A stretch of DNA of 64,000 nucleotides, from positions 124,001 through 188,000 of the forward strand of contig JAQGDQ010000424.1 of the NCBI GenBank assembly GCA_030141605.1, read 5' to 3'. The stretch is from Tubiluchus corallicola. Its lineage: Eukaryota > Animalia > Priapulida. Of the stretch, positions 38,175 through 50,080 are shown one piece after another (the stretch's first letter is position 1; each line of letters opens with the position of its first letter). The translations under genes and the position numbers were made by a program. The notes under the pieces are model-generated. The model was not told where the DNA came from. It did no database searches and saw only the letters and a program-made list of their open reading frames with translations.

Positions 38175-39130
38175 GTCAGTGTCACTTCTTATGTCACAGG
38201 TCAGTGTCGTTTCTCATGTCACAGGTCAGTAACACTTCTTATGTCACAGGTCAGTGTCAGCCCTCATGTCACAGGTCAGTGTCACTTCTCATGTCACATG
38301 TCAGTATCACTTCTCATGTCGCAGGTCAGTGTCACTTCTCATGTCGCAGGTCAGTGTCACTTCTCATGTCACAGGTCAGTATCACTTCTCATGTCGTAGG
38401 TCAGTGTCACTTCTCATGTCGCAGGTCAGTGTCACTTCTCATGTCACAGGTCAGTGTCACTTCTCATGCCGCAGGTCAGTGTCACTTCTCATGTCACATG
38501 TCAGTGTCACTTCTCATGTCACAGGTCAGTGTCACTTCTCATGCCGCAGGTCAGTGTCACTTCCCATGTCACAGGTCAGTGTCATTTCTCATGTCTCAGG
38601 TCAGTGTCACTTCTCATGTCACACGTCGATGTCACTACTCATGTCACAGGTCAGTGTTACTTCTCAACTTCTCATGTCACATGTCAGTGTCACTTCTCAT
38701 GTCACAGGTCAGTGTCACTTGTCATGTCACAGGTCAGTGTCACTTCTCATGTCACAGGTCAGTGTCACTACTCATGTCACAGGTCAGTGTTACTTCTTAA
38801 CTTCTCATGTCACATGTCAGTGTCACTTCTCATGTCACAGGTCAGTGTCACTTCTCATGTCACAGGTCAGTGTCACTTCTCATGTCACAGGTCAGTGTCA
38901 CTTCTCATGCCGCAGGTCAGTGTCACTTCTCATGTCACAGGTCAGTGTCACTTCTCATGTCACAGGTCAGTGTCAGTTTTCATGTCACAGGCTAGTGTCA
39001 CTTCTCATATCACAAGTCGATGTCACTACTCATGTCAGAGGTCAATGTCGCTTCTCACGTCAAATATCAGTGTTGCTTCTTATGCAAAAGGTCAATGTCA
39101 TTTCTCGCATCAAAGGTCAGGGTCATTTTC
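38163..39130 (+). repeat. 25-bp minisatellite derived from the calpain exon 3/intron 3 junction, >30 copies
   Basis: Unit ctcatgtcacag|gtcagtgtcactt. The first copy is the real exon end (ctcatgtcaaag|gtcagt). The array decays towards 39130. Confidence 0.95.
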
Positions 39131-39467
39131 TCTGCAAGCCAAGTTTGGTCTGTTCTAAGACTGGTATAATGGCTAGGATAACTGCACGGCATGCAGAAAA
39201 TCCATAGTTCGAGTCTCAGTGTAGGTGCAAAATTTTTCAACCGTTCTAATTTAGTAATACTTTCGTGAGCCTGTAAGACTGAAAATTTGAACTAAATTAA
39301 ACTGTAAGTATTATGTGGGCGAAGCTTCTGGATAGAGCGGAGCTTTAATTGTTACTTTTCCATTAAATGCACTTAAACGCAAACGACTTTAAGTAAATTA
39401 ATTTTACACAAAAAACGAATCTAGAAATATCAACAACGTATCTTTTCAGTTGTCTTACTTTTTTCAG

Positions 39468-39661
39468 GTCATGCCTGATAATGTTGTCTTGTACGGCGAC
39501 GGATACTACGGCATTGTTCACTTCCGGTTTTGGAGATTTGGTGACTGGGTTGATGTGTTTGTTGACGACTTACTACCGGTTGTTGATAACAGACTCATCT
39601 ATGCTCACGCAGTGGACCAGAATGAATTCTGGGTAGCATTAATTGAAAAAGCCTATGCCAA
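39468..39661 (+). CDS. Calpain exon 4
   Basis: [44 protein letters not shown]. Acceptor ttttcag, donor gtgagt (phase 2). Confidence 0.95.
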
Positions 39662-39806
39662 GTGAGTAGCTGCAAAAAGGTTTGCTGTTATTTATGGGAA
39701 AGCTGTGAAGCTACTAAGCACGCTCGCCAGGTGGCAGCTGCTGTATTCAGTTTCTCACTGGTGCATGCACTGTGGAGAGACAAAGCACTGTGGAGAAAGC
39801 ACATAG

Positions 39807-40060
39807 TAATGACGATGATGATGATGACAACGACGATGATGATAATGATAATGGTGATGACGATGATGATAATGATGAAAGTGATTGCAATGATGATAAA
39901 GATAATGATGATAGTGATGATGACAATGATGATGACGACGACGATGATGTGATGCCGATGACAATGAGGATGATGATAATGATGAAGGTGATGATGATGA
40001 TAAAGGTTATGATGATAACGATGATGACGATGATGATGAAGATGATGATGACGACGACGA
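39807..40060. repeat. Imperfect (GAT)n microsatellite
   Basis: Direct reading. A similar (GAT)n/(GTT)n tract lies at 48210-48705. Confidence 0.92.
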
Positions 40061-40648
40061 GATTGCAAACTGGAATTAAACCTTTCAAAATTAAGCCTTA
40101 TATAATGGTAGAACCTACTTATTTTCTTGCGATTGTGTTGGAGCTAAAATGTAGCTCATCACCAGGGGTAGTCCCTGAGATACTGCACCACCAGTCGTTC
40201 CAGTTCCCATTCAAAATCATGTGTGTGCAAATAGGGGTGAGCATCGAACATTAGATTCAAATGAGTTTTTTAGTTCGAATTCGATTAAAACGTTCTTTAT
40301 TATTAAAACGTTTGAAACTTCACGCAAGTAGCATAATTTAGCTGTGATTTCTCTGCACAATTTTTAAACAAATTATTAGTGGTTTTACCGCAGAGCAAAA
40401 TCGAGCAATATGCACGACCTTTGTAAGATCGCTTTTTGCTGGTGGCTCAAAAACTTGCTCGAAAATCTTTCAAACTCAATTCCAGTTCGATTCGAATGGA
40501 AAGTCACAAATTCGATTAGATTCGCTTTGTGGTAGAAACCCCTAGCAGCAAATACGTTGTCTATTGTTGCAAAGATTAATCATCAGTTAAAAAGGTTTCC
40601 CGGCTGGTCCACACCTACATTTGAAGTGACGTCTGGCCTACGTAGCAG

Positions 40649-40982
40649 CTGTAGCGGATAGCCCTATAGGCTGAATAGGCTGAAGCCTAAGGCCCGGGAT
40701 CAAAAGGGGCCCGGCAAAATAAAATATAGAAAAAAGTTTTTTTTTCAAAAGTCAGTCACTATATTTCAAATCGGGTTTACACAAATCAAGTTTACACAAT
40801 TCACGTTTACGCAGTTTAAGTTTAAGTTCAACATTTCAGTTTCCGAATTTTTCTGGGGGTAAAGTCAGTTATAATTTCTGAAAAGTCCATTTTTTCAACA
40901 TATGTGACTGAATATGTAGCAACATTTAAAAGGCCCGTTCCAAGCTCAAGCCTAAGGCCCATAAAATCATAATCCGCCGCTG
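40649..40982. mobile_element. hAT-like MITE with 8-bp target-site duplication
   Basis: cgtagcag at 40641-40648 and 40983-40990 flanks imperfect TIRs ctgtagcggat / atccgccgctg. Confidence 0.75.
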
Positions 40983-41046
40983 CGTAGCAGACATCACAAC
41001 TGAGACAGACATATCTGTAGACCAGAAAATGTCATTTCTTTTGCAG

Positions 41047-41218
41047 ATTACATGGTTCTTATGAAGCCATTGAAGGTGGTCATGCAAAGGACGCTCTGGT
41101 GGACTTGACCGGTGGTCTTGCGGAATGCTACGAAATCAACGAAACAACGATACCTGAACTGTATAGACATTTGCACAGAGCAGCACAAAATGGAGCCTTT
41201 ATCACCTGTTCCAAAAAG
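41047..41218 (+). CDS. Calpain exon 5
   Basis: LHGSYEAIEGGHAKDALVDLTGGLAECY...GAFITCSKK. Acceptor ttttgcag, donor gtagta. Confidence 0.93.
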
Positions 41219-41307
41219 GTAGTATGCCCCCCTACTCCCCCTCCCCCCAGAAACCATCCAGCAATTCTCACCCTTAGCCAAGGGATTACATTAATTTAAT
41301 GGTTACC

Positions 41308-41710
41308 AAGGGCGTATCTAGACTTTATGACACCCTAGACTGATAATTTAGTGCCGCCCGTCTCTATTGTGAATTTATGGTTACTTATGCAATGAGCAGT
41401 TTAAGCAATTACTTGTGGTGTATTAGAAGCAGTATTAATCTAGTGTCTACTACGTGGTCATTATTAATTACATGTACTTGCATAACACTTATATTTAAGC
41501 AGGTTGCACAACTGCTTGTTGTGTATTACCTTGCACCTGTTCGTTATGTGGCACTTATATAAAAGCTGCCCTCGGTAACTGGCTGTGATGTGTTATAAAA
41601 TGTACCCTTTACATGAATATGTAAATTTTCCGAGGAGACTAAGAATTTTTTCTAAAATGTGACCTGTGACGCCCTCAAACTTTGGCGCTCTAGGCTATAG
41701 CTGTATTAGT
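41308..41710. mobile_element. MITE family member (partial copy about 2417-2550; inverted relative about 35458-35810)
   Basis: Shared gggcgt..agacttta..gccctaggctgata..attgtgaatttatggtt and gtgacgccctcaaactttggcgc segments. Confidence 0.65.
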
Positions 41711-42542
41711 TTTACATCACTAGTGAGAGTTATTTGCACATAAACATAGTTAGTGTTCTGTCTCCAAAAATGTTGCTATGTTCGTTTGGTTTTTATTATG
41801 TCTTTAGATTTTTATATTTTTTCTCCAATTAACTTATATTTCCGTTGCTTGTTATAACACTTTTGCTCTTTCATCTTTATCATTAATGTACAATTCGTAT
41901 ATATTATACGGGTGGCTAGATTAGATGTTTGTCCACCACCCCGTCCCTATAAACTCTTTAGTTTATTGTATCAACAAACTAGGGATGTTATGTTTGATAA
42001 ACTAAATTAAATGCTTCTGCTTGAAAACCTTAATATAGCTGCCTTAGGAGCTAATATCTGTTGAAGTTGTTATTATTCGGAAAAGATGAATTTAACTATG
42101 TTGCTAACTGTAAAATATTCCAATGTATACATGACTTTATATTACGTACTAAACGCTTCCAGTAGTTTCTATCTGATATGAAATGCATCAGTCTTAAATT
42201 TTCGTACATTAATATTTTCTAACCGCCATTTTCTACTAATGTCTAATGTAATCTTGTAGTAAAACTTGTCAGCTTGTGTAGTTATAGTCTATTCTTACTG
42301 TAAATGTTCTTGTAAATAGTGTATAAAGACTGTTGTGGTGAGGATCCTATATCATGTTGTTCAAACTGTCTAATCCAATCCTAAATAAATTATGTTTAAA
42401 CCAACTAATTCTTTAGTAAAGTATAAGAGACAAGAAAAAGAAAGTGAATTGAATTGAATTGCTTCTGGGCAAACTATAGTCATTCTAATGCAGCACTTAC
42501 CAATGTTTTTAACTTTTATCAATGTGACTCTTCTTTCTTCAG

Positions 42543-42700
42543 GGTAACTGGAGAGATGCAAATGAAGCAGACGAGTACGGTCTTGTAGCTGGTCATGCCT
42601 ACACATTGACCGCTGTCCAGAAGGTTGTCGGTCATTCGTTAGTACGAGTACGAAATCCTTGGGGCAACGAAACCGAGTGGAAAGGAGCTTGGAGTGATGG
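42543..42700 (+). CDS. Calpain exon 6 (catalytic His and Asn)
   Basis: [52 protein letters not shown](G) with GHAY and RNPWG motifs. Donor gtgagt, phase 2. Confidence 0.95.
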
Positions 42701-43326
42701 GTGAGTGCTTGTGGGATCACTAAATTAAAGGAGCTTGGAGTGATGGGTGAATGCTTGTGGGATCACTAAATTAAAGGAGTTTGGAGTGATGGGTGAGTGC
42801 TTGTGGGATCACTAAATTAAAGGAGCTTGGAGTGATGGGTGAGTGCTTGCGGGCTCACTAAATTAAAGGAGTTTGGAGTGATGGGTGAGTGCTTGTGGGA
42901 TCGCTAAATTAAAGGAGCTTGGAGTGATGGGTGAGTGCTTGTGGGATCACTAAATTAAAGGAGCTTGGAGTGATGGGTGAGTGCTTGTGGGATCACTAAA
43001 TTAAAGGAGCTTGGAGCGATGGGTGAGTTCTTGTGGGATCACTAAATTAAATGAGCTTGGAGTGATGGATGAGTGCTTGTGGGATCACTAAATTAAAGGA
43101 GCTTGGAGAGATGGGTGAATGCTTGTGGGATCACTAAATTAAAGGAGCTTGGAGAGATGGGTGAATGCTTGTGGGATCACTAAATTAAAGGAGCTTGAAG
43201 TGATGGGTGAGTTCTTGTGAGATCACTAAATTAAAGGAGCTTGGAGTGATGGGTGAGTTCTTGTGGGATCACTAAATAAAAGGACCTTGGAGAGATGGGT
43301 GAGTGCTTGTGGGATCACTAAATTAA
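42681..43326 (+). repeat. 46-bp minisatellite derived from the calpain exon 6/intron 6 junction, ~14 copies
   Basis: Unit aaaggagcttggagtgatgg|gtgagtgcttgtgggatcactaaatt. The first 20 nt are the last 20 nt of exon 6. Confidence 0.96.
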
Positions 43327-43660
43327 ATGGCTGACTGTAATTTCAGAAACAAAATCAAAATTGCGAAATCTAAATTATGAAATCTAAATAAAGTATTGTT
43401 CTCATTGGAAGTAACTAGAAAGTTGAAATTTGGCAGATTGGCGGAAGGATATTTGGAAGTCAACGGTAAATAGAGTTCTAAAGGACGTATGCTGACAGTT
43501 GGGCAGAAAAAATAAATAAATGCTTCGCATTCTGGACGAGTTGCTAATCAGTCATGTTTACGTCATTACAGTGACATCATGCGAGAACAAGTAGATGCGA
43601 ATAAATCAATGCTTCGCATTCTGGACTAGTTGCTAATCAATCATGTTTACATCATTACAG

Positions 43661-43838
43661 TGACATCATGTGGGAGCAGGTAGACGCAAATACTAAACAA
43701 GAACTGGGTCTGATAGAAAGAGGCGATGGCGAATTCTGGATGGAATTCTCTGATTTCTGTCAACATTACCAGGAGCTGACAATCTGTACACTAGGAGCAG
43801 ATTTGGACAGAGATGGGATACCTGACAAAACTGGACAG
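43661..43838 (+). CDS. Calpain exon 7 (end of CysPc)
   Basis: DIMWEQVDANTKQELGLIERGDGEFWMEFSDFCQHYQELTICTLGADLDRDGIPDKTGQ with the DGEFWM motif. Donor CAG|gtaagg. Confidence 0.92.
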
Positions 43839-44259
43839 GTAAGGGGAGCCTGTGAGATAAATGCAGGTAAATAACCTCAAGGTTAGTGTTAGATTTAGAG
43901 GGAGGGTAGCACACCGCTGAACGAGAAATACAGGGTGTCCAAAAAGTTACTATATACTTTGATTTCGAATTTTCAATTTAAATTTTTTTCCAATCTCAGC
44001 AAGTTTTTACATGAACGAAAAGGCAATTCTTGTTTTTATTTTTTTCCCTGAAAAACCGTTGTAGTCGCAGCAACAGTAAGGTTAGAAATGAGGTTCAAAA
44101 TCTGGGAAGAAGTCCTTTAGTTATCAGTGTAAGTTTAGTGGAAATTCACACCACCGTATGGACCACACTATGGCGACTTTAAAGTGATTTTACTAATCGC
44201 ACTTTTATTACTAAATCCCTCTAACATTTTTCCTAAACCTTGGAATAAGTGTAATTTCC

Positions 44260-44785
44260 AAGAAGGCTGTGTATTTTACTTAAAGCACAAGAGAACCCTT
44301 CATAAACTTTAGGCTTGAAAAATTCGTTTTGAAATTTTATATCACTTACATACTGCCTTCTTGCGTACAGGGCTTGTGTCGGAGTAACGCTGTATAAAAC
44401 ATGTAAATTTAAAGTCCCGCGATGACAGTTAGATGCAGCCATTTTGATGATAAGTCATTTTAAACAAGTTTAGATAACATTTTGGAAAGTTTGAAAAAAT
44501 AATCAGAGCATTCGTTGCGCACACGTCACTAACTAAGTAAAATTTTAAATTACTGTATCTTGTCAATAAGATTAAAAATACGTTTTTGGTTAGCGAGTGG
44601 TGCACCATGGAGTCAGTGATATTTTACCAATTGGTGAAAATATTTTAAATAATTGATAATTTTCTTTTCTAGTCACATAAGTCTTTCTAGCAGGTAAGCG
44701 AAATACTAAGTAATATAGATTTGCATGAAAGGTTTTTGGGAGATTTTTCTGAAACCTACTTCAGGTACCCCTTTTCTTGTCCTCT
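44260..44785. mobile_element. Dispersed TTAA-AGG-type element (inverted copy about 61529-62150; diverged relatives about 28100-28620 and 33060-33600)
   Basis: tcaggtaccccttttcttgtcct is the reverse complement of aggacaagaaaaggggtacctga at 61529, and the internal sequence is colinear. Confidence 0.65.
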
Positions 44786-45512
44786 AAGATCATCACGAGA
44801 CCCTCTTTGCTCATGTCTACAGCATAGCAACAGACCCCCACTTCAGGGTTAAACCCCCAACTGTCAATTGGGTTCAGGTAATGGACCGTGGAACACTTAG
44901 AAAGAATATAACATATAGAACATAGAACCTTTATTTTCTCCAACAGTAAATGCTAGTTAAATGTAAGATAATTGCAATCACGGAGCAGGGGTCACCTAGC
45001 ATCCTGCCCTTTCATACGGACAGGTTTGACAAATTAAAAATACACGGTGATGCTGCAGGTAACAAAATAATTAAAAAAGAAAAACAATACAACAAAACAG
45101 TAGTAGTAATTGTCAATAAACTACAAAATAAAAAACAATAACAAAAAAAATAAACAGACTAAAGTTAAGTATATAAATTTAAGCAATGTAATGATATCTC
45201 TATTTTATATGCGCATTGTTAACATGAGAGCAGTCTCTGCCATGTCATAATCTTTAAGACACGGTTGTAATATTGCGTTCTGAATTATCTATTAACTATG
45301 TTATAGGATCAATCACATTGTTGAGAACCATCCTGTATCTTCAAGCAAGAGAACACAGTCTGGGGTTGGGGTGGGGTGTATGGGTTGCGACAAAAGATTT
45401 GGAAACAACTTATTAACCAAAATTGATGGACAAGAAGTAAAACATTGGGTAGAAGTTGAAAGCTGTTTATAATTCTTTCAACTTATTTATGATAACAGGT
45501 GTCTACTTACAG

Positions 45513-45761
45513 GTAAAGACGATACACGGCTCTTGGGAACAAGGAAAGTCAGCTGGTGGCAGCAGGAATGATTTGAAGAAATTCGCCACAAATCCTCAGT
45601 TTTTGCTCACTCTCACTGAAGCAGACGATTTCAATCCCAAAGTGGATGACGAAAAATTGCGCGGGAAATGCAGCCTTGTGATTGGTCTAATGCAGGAACA
45701 CAGGCGATCGCAGCGTCATCTAGGAACCAAAATATTACAAATTGGTTTCGTTGTTTACAAG
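45513..45761 (+). CDS. Calpain exon 8 (domain III / CBSW)
   Basis: VKTIHGSWEQGKSAGGSRNDLKKFATNPQFLLTL...CSLVIGLMQEHRR...IGFVVYK. Phase-0 acceptor tacttacag, donor gtatat. Confidence 0.92.
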
Positions 45762-45994
45762 GTATATTTTTTAGAATGCCTAGGAATTAATTGATTTTTG
45801 TGTTGAATTTTTACTATAAAAGCCCAACATTCACATTACCGGATCCCTGTTTTCACTTCGACTTGCCAAGGTGAATTTGATGTTTTCAGCACTCATAAAT
45901 ATAGTTTACTGAACATAAAACATAAAGAGATTGAAAAATCGTTGATTCTGTACATAGGATGGAATGGCTCAAACGTAGTAGGGACGATCATACC

Positions 45995-46285
45995 GAAAAG
46001 CACAATACTAATGAAGGCACAGTGATAACGAAAGCACAATAATAACAAAAGCACAATACTAACAAAAGAACAATGATAACAAAAGCACAATAATAACAGA
46101 AGCACAATAATAACAAAAGCACAATACTAAAGAAAGCACAATACTAAAGAAAGCACAATGATAACGAGAGCACAATGATGACGAAAGCACAACACTAACG
46201 AAAGCATAATGATAACGAAAGCACAATACTAACGAAAGCACAATGATAACACAAGCACAATAGTAACAAAAGCACAATAATAACA
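45995..46285. repeat. ~16-bp minisatellite
   Basis: Unit about aaagcacaataataac. Confidence 0.85.
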
Positions 46286-46547
46286 TTTATTAGTGTCAAA
46301 AAATATATACAATACAAGGAAAAAGAAACAAGACATACAATTTCAATTTTGAAATATAATGGCACTGCAGACAAACAGAACGATTACTATAAAACAAATA
46401 TTGTTAAGTCTTCCTGTTAGTTACATTAGTTATTTAATGAAAAGTTTAATGATTAGTATTTAAAATAAATAGTCATTCATTAGGCCTCATTTTTAATGTT
46501 ATGATCATCATATATAAAAACATTATTTATATATATATATATAATTT

Positions 46548-46962
46548 TTAGAACAGGCTTTAGAACAATGGTGGGGGCGGATACAGGTTTTAGAACAACG
46601 GTGGGGCGGATACAGGTTTTAGAACAACGGTGGGCGCAGATACAGGTCTTAGAACAACGCTGGGGGCGGATACAGGTTTTAGAACAACGTTGGAGGCGGA
46701 TACATGTTTTAGAACAGCGGTAGGGGCGGATACAGGTTTTAGAACAACGGTAGGGGCGGATACAGATTTTAGAACAACGGTGGGGGCGGAAACAGGTTTT
46801 GGAACAACGGTGGGCACAGAAACAGGTCTTAGAACAACGCTGGGGGCAGATACAGGTTTTAGAACAACGTTGGGGGCGGATACAGGTTTTAGAACAACGG
46901 TAGGGGCGGATACAGGTTTTAGAACAACGGTAGGGGCGGATACAGTTTTAGAACAACGGTGG
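46548..46962. repeat. 30-bp minisatellite, ~14 copies
   Basis: Unit tttagaacaacggtgggggcggatacaggt. Confidence 0.93.
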
Positions 46963-47828
46963 GCCCATCGGAAATGCAGTTAGGGTGTCTGAGTGAGCGG
47001 TGTAAGCTCCCCAGCGAGGTCCACTCGGACAACAATGCATTTTACTACATTTTAGACCACTTTTCTGTCTTCTAGAAGCCACTTCCTCAAAGAAGGTCAC
47101 TAGTTTAGAACACGTGTCACCTCACATTTGAATCAAAATTACATACACCATATGTTGGTGTCTCTGAGAGACATTTATCTTCAAAAGTCTCAGTTGAATT
47201 TCATGTAAACGACTGTTCTTTATTTCTGCAATGTTAAAAATTAAAATATAAAAGCAAAAGTGACTGACATTGGGTAATTTTATGAAAAGTTACATAGTTT
47301 AGTTAGATTGACAGTTATTTAGTTCAATCAAAAATATCAATGAATAAATCAAGATAAAAATTAATAGACATAAACTTACATCGTTGCGGCATATATCTAA
47401 TGATAAATTTCGCTAGCTTGTACAAGGCAATCGTTCACATATATTACAGAACAGCATAATGAGAACATAACTGGGTCAATGACTTTAAACTTTCCAGCTA
47501 GATGGAGCCACATTGGCTACAAAATTAAAATTTATTAAGTCAGGTTCACACTGGCGTTAATAGCATATATGATGTACATAACTTTCATCTGTTTTCTTGT
47601 GATACATGATCTTTACAGATATAAGGCATCTTTGGAATTTAGCAAATCGTTCTATTGCTTATAATTCAGAAAAAATATTAATTTGGTGTGTTGTAGCTGT
47701 TACTGTGAAAGGGAGGGCCCACCCCCTAATTCCGCTAATGGTTTATAAACAATGATTGTTTTACAAAATTAATCACTAGAAATTCTAAAAATTCCTGTCA
47801 TCCATCTTTTTTACGTTTAATGTTTTAG

Positions 47829-48050
47829 ACGGACGATCCTTCAAAGCGACTTTCCGTCGATCACTTTATGTACAATTACGATTCCGGAACGTCGGGTGTT
47901 TTCATAAACTACCGCGAGGTGACAGCACGATTCGAACTGCAGCCTGGTAATTACGTCATCATTCCGACAACGTTCAAACCGGACTTTCCCGGCAGTTTTA
48001 TGATTCGGGTTCATGCGGAGAAGTCCATTGAACTGAGTGAGATTCTATAA
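47829..48050 (+). CDS. Calpain exon 9 (end of domain III, stop)
   Basis: TDDPSKRLSVDHFMYNYDSGTSGVFINYREVTARFELQPGNYVIIPTTFKPDFPGSFMIRVHAEKSIELSEIL* with FINxREV and PGxYVIIPxTF motifs. Confidence 0.92.
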   Translation, partial: TDDPSKRLSVDHFMYNYDSGTSGVFINYREVTARFELQPGNYVIIPTTFKPDFPGSFMIRVHAEKSIELSEIL

Positions 48051-48499
48051 ACCTCATAAACCTGAGCAAAACAAGAAAGTTTCAATGAAAATTTGAAAAT
48101 ACAGCGAGGCTTAATCCATTATGTCCCACGAACACCCACTCAACGTACAATGCAGTAATATAATTACACTCCCTTATGATCCCTTGACGAAAATGATGCT
48201 GAATATATGATCACTGATGATGACGAATGACGATCATGATGCTGATGATAGTAGTGATGATGATCATGATGCTGATGATAGTAGTGATGATAATGGTGAT
48301 GGTGATGATAATGATGATGACGATGACGACGACGGCGATGATGATGATGATGCACATTTTTAATAACAAATTATAATGGTGTCTGTTCATAATGATGATG
48401 ATGATAATGATGATGATGATGCTGATATTGTTGTTGTACTTGTTAGTGTTGTTTTTGTTGTTGTTGTTGTTGATGATGATGATGGTGATGATGATGATG

Positions 48500-48561
<62 letters not shown>

Positions 48562-49269
48562 CACAATATTAATAACAAATTAAAATGGTGCCTGTTAATA
48601 ATGATGATGATGATGATGCTGATATTGTTGTTGTTGTTGTTGTTGTTGATGATGATGATGAGAATGAGAATGCTGATGACGACGACGATGATGATGATGA
48701 CGATAATTTTTGCAACTGTTAAACATAAACTGTTTTATTGTTGTTCATTCATTCACTGCTTTATTTTTATCCTTTTATTATTATATTTCTGTAATTCTGA
48801 CTACTGAATTTGTCAGCAAATTTAGTTATAACATCAAAGACTGAGCTGTGATGTGATCGAATTTTGTGCATTTAGTTATTAAACGAATAAAATACTGTTA
48901 TGGTTGATCTTTTGTGATCTTTTTTATTCTTGAAATAGTAGTGCTTTTGTAAGATTTATAATCAGCGTCTTACTTTACACAATTCTCTTACCTGACCAGA
49001 TTTTATGCGTCATTATTTTGTGAAGCCACTTCAGTCAGGTGCAGAATACAGACGATAAAAAATTGATGAATCATCACGTTTGCCTCGTGAAATCTGGACA
49101 TCCTCCTAAAATTTATTACATTAAACGAGATCGTTCAGTTTTTAATTTTATTATTCAAAATTGCCAGTTGTTGTCGACTGTCCATATTGAAACTTACATT
49201 TATGCAATTTTTTATACAGAGATTTTCAAAAGTTTATCAAAGAATTTATCTTTTATGACTAATGAAAAG

Positions 49270-49650
49270 AGCTGGGTCATCTTCTAATGATATCATCAAA
49301 ATGTACTGCACTGTGATTAGGCCAGTTGTTGAATACGCTTCTGTCAGGTATGACACTCATCTCTCTCCTAGAATCTCTCTGATTTGTTAGAAACAGTTCA
49401 AAAGTGTTCATTGAAAATAATTTTTCCAAATGAAAGCTAGGCTAATGCTCTAATTTTGGCTAATCTTCAACCTTTATTTAACAGTCACAAAGATTCTTGC
49501 AAGAAGTTGTTCTTATCAATTCAAAATCCTAATAATAAAATCAACACTCTATTGCCAGATGCCCACATACTCATAGATATTGAACTCGCAACCATTTAAA
49601 ATACCCCCCTTACCTAGATGCAGAACAGAGAACTTCAGAAATAGTTTTAG
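49270..49650 (+). mobile_element. Degenerate CR1/L2-like LINE 3' fragment
   Basis: Broken frames give CTVIRPVVEYAS..DLLETVQK..IIFP..ANALILANLQPL..CKKLF..PNNKINTLLP, typical of the region after the RT domain. Contains stops and frameshifts. Confidence 0.55.
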
Positions 49651-50080
49651 CTCAAATGGTTTATTTAAATTCTAAACTTAAGTTTAAACTCAATTTAATT
49701 TTAATTTATTTTGTTTATGTATCTTGTAACAGTGTAATAGTGATTCTCGCTGTTTGTTCTACCTTGCTTGATATTTTAAAAACTAAATATTGCCATTTTA
49801 TGCTGTGCTGTTTTAACTACCATTTGGTCGTAAGGATGGTAAAATAAGCTTGATAGACAGAAGGTGAAAAACCTTGGGTACGATTGTGTACTAAACGTGC
49901 TAAAAGATCTACACGTGGAACTCACTCATACTTATAATACAGCATTTCTGTCCACGTGTTCAATTTAAACTCAATTACGTAAGTTTAATAGTGCAAGAAA
50001 TTAATTTAGTTCTGGCAGTTCATTCGCCTGCGTTCGACTCGCTCTCAGTGCCTTTACTGTTCCTCAAATTGCACTTCTAT

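Noticed and set aside
38204-39207. Cys/His-rich repeat ORFs up to 317 aa
   Set aside because: Products of the stop-free 25-bp intronic unit, not an independent gene. The splice implications are reported as a finding.
39688-40254. Poly-Asp/Met/His ORFs here and at 48164-48807
   Set aside because: (GAT)n microsatellites in an intron and in the region 3' of the calpain stop.
30295-48050. A single MIT-calpain gene (calpain-7/PalB type)
   Set aside because: The MIT-bearing exon is MITD1 with its PLD-fold domain and its own stop. The calpain has its own first exon and a classical-type CysPc sequence.
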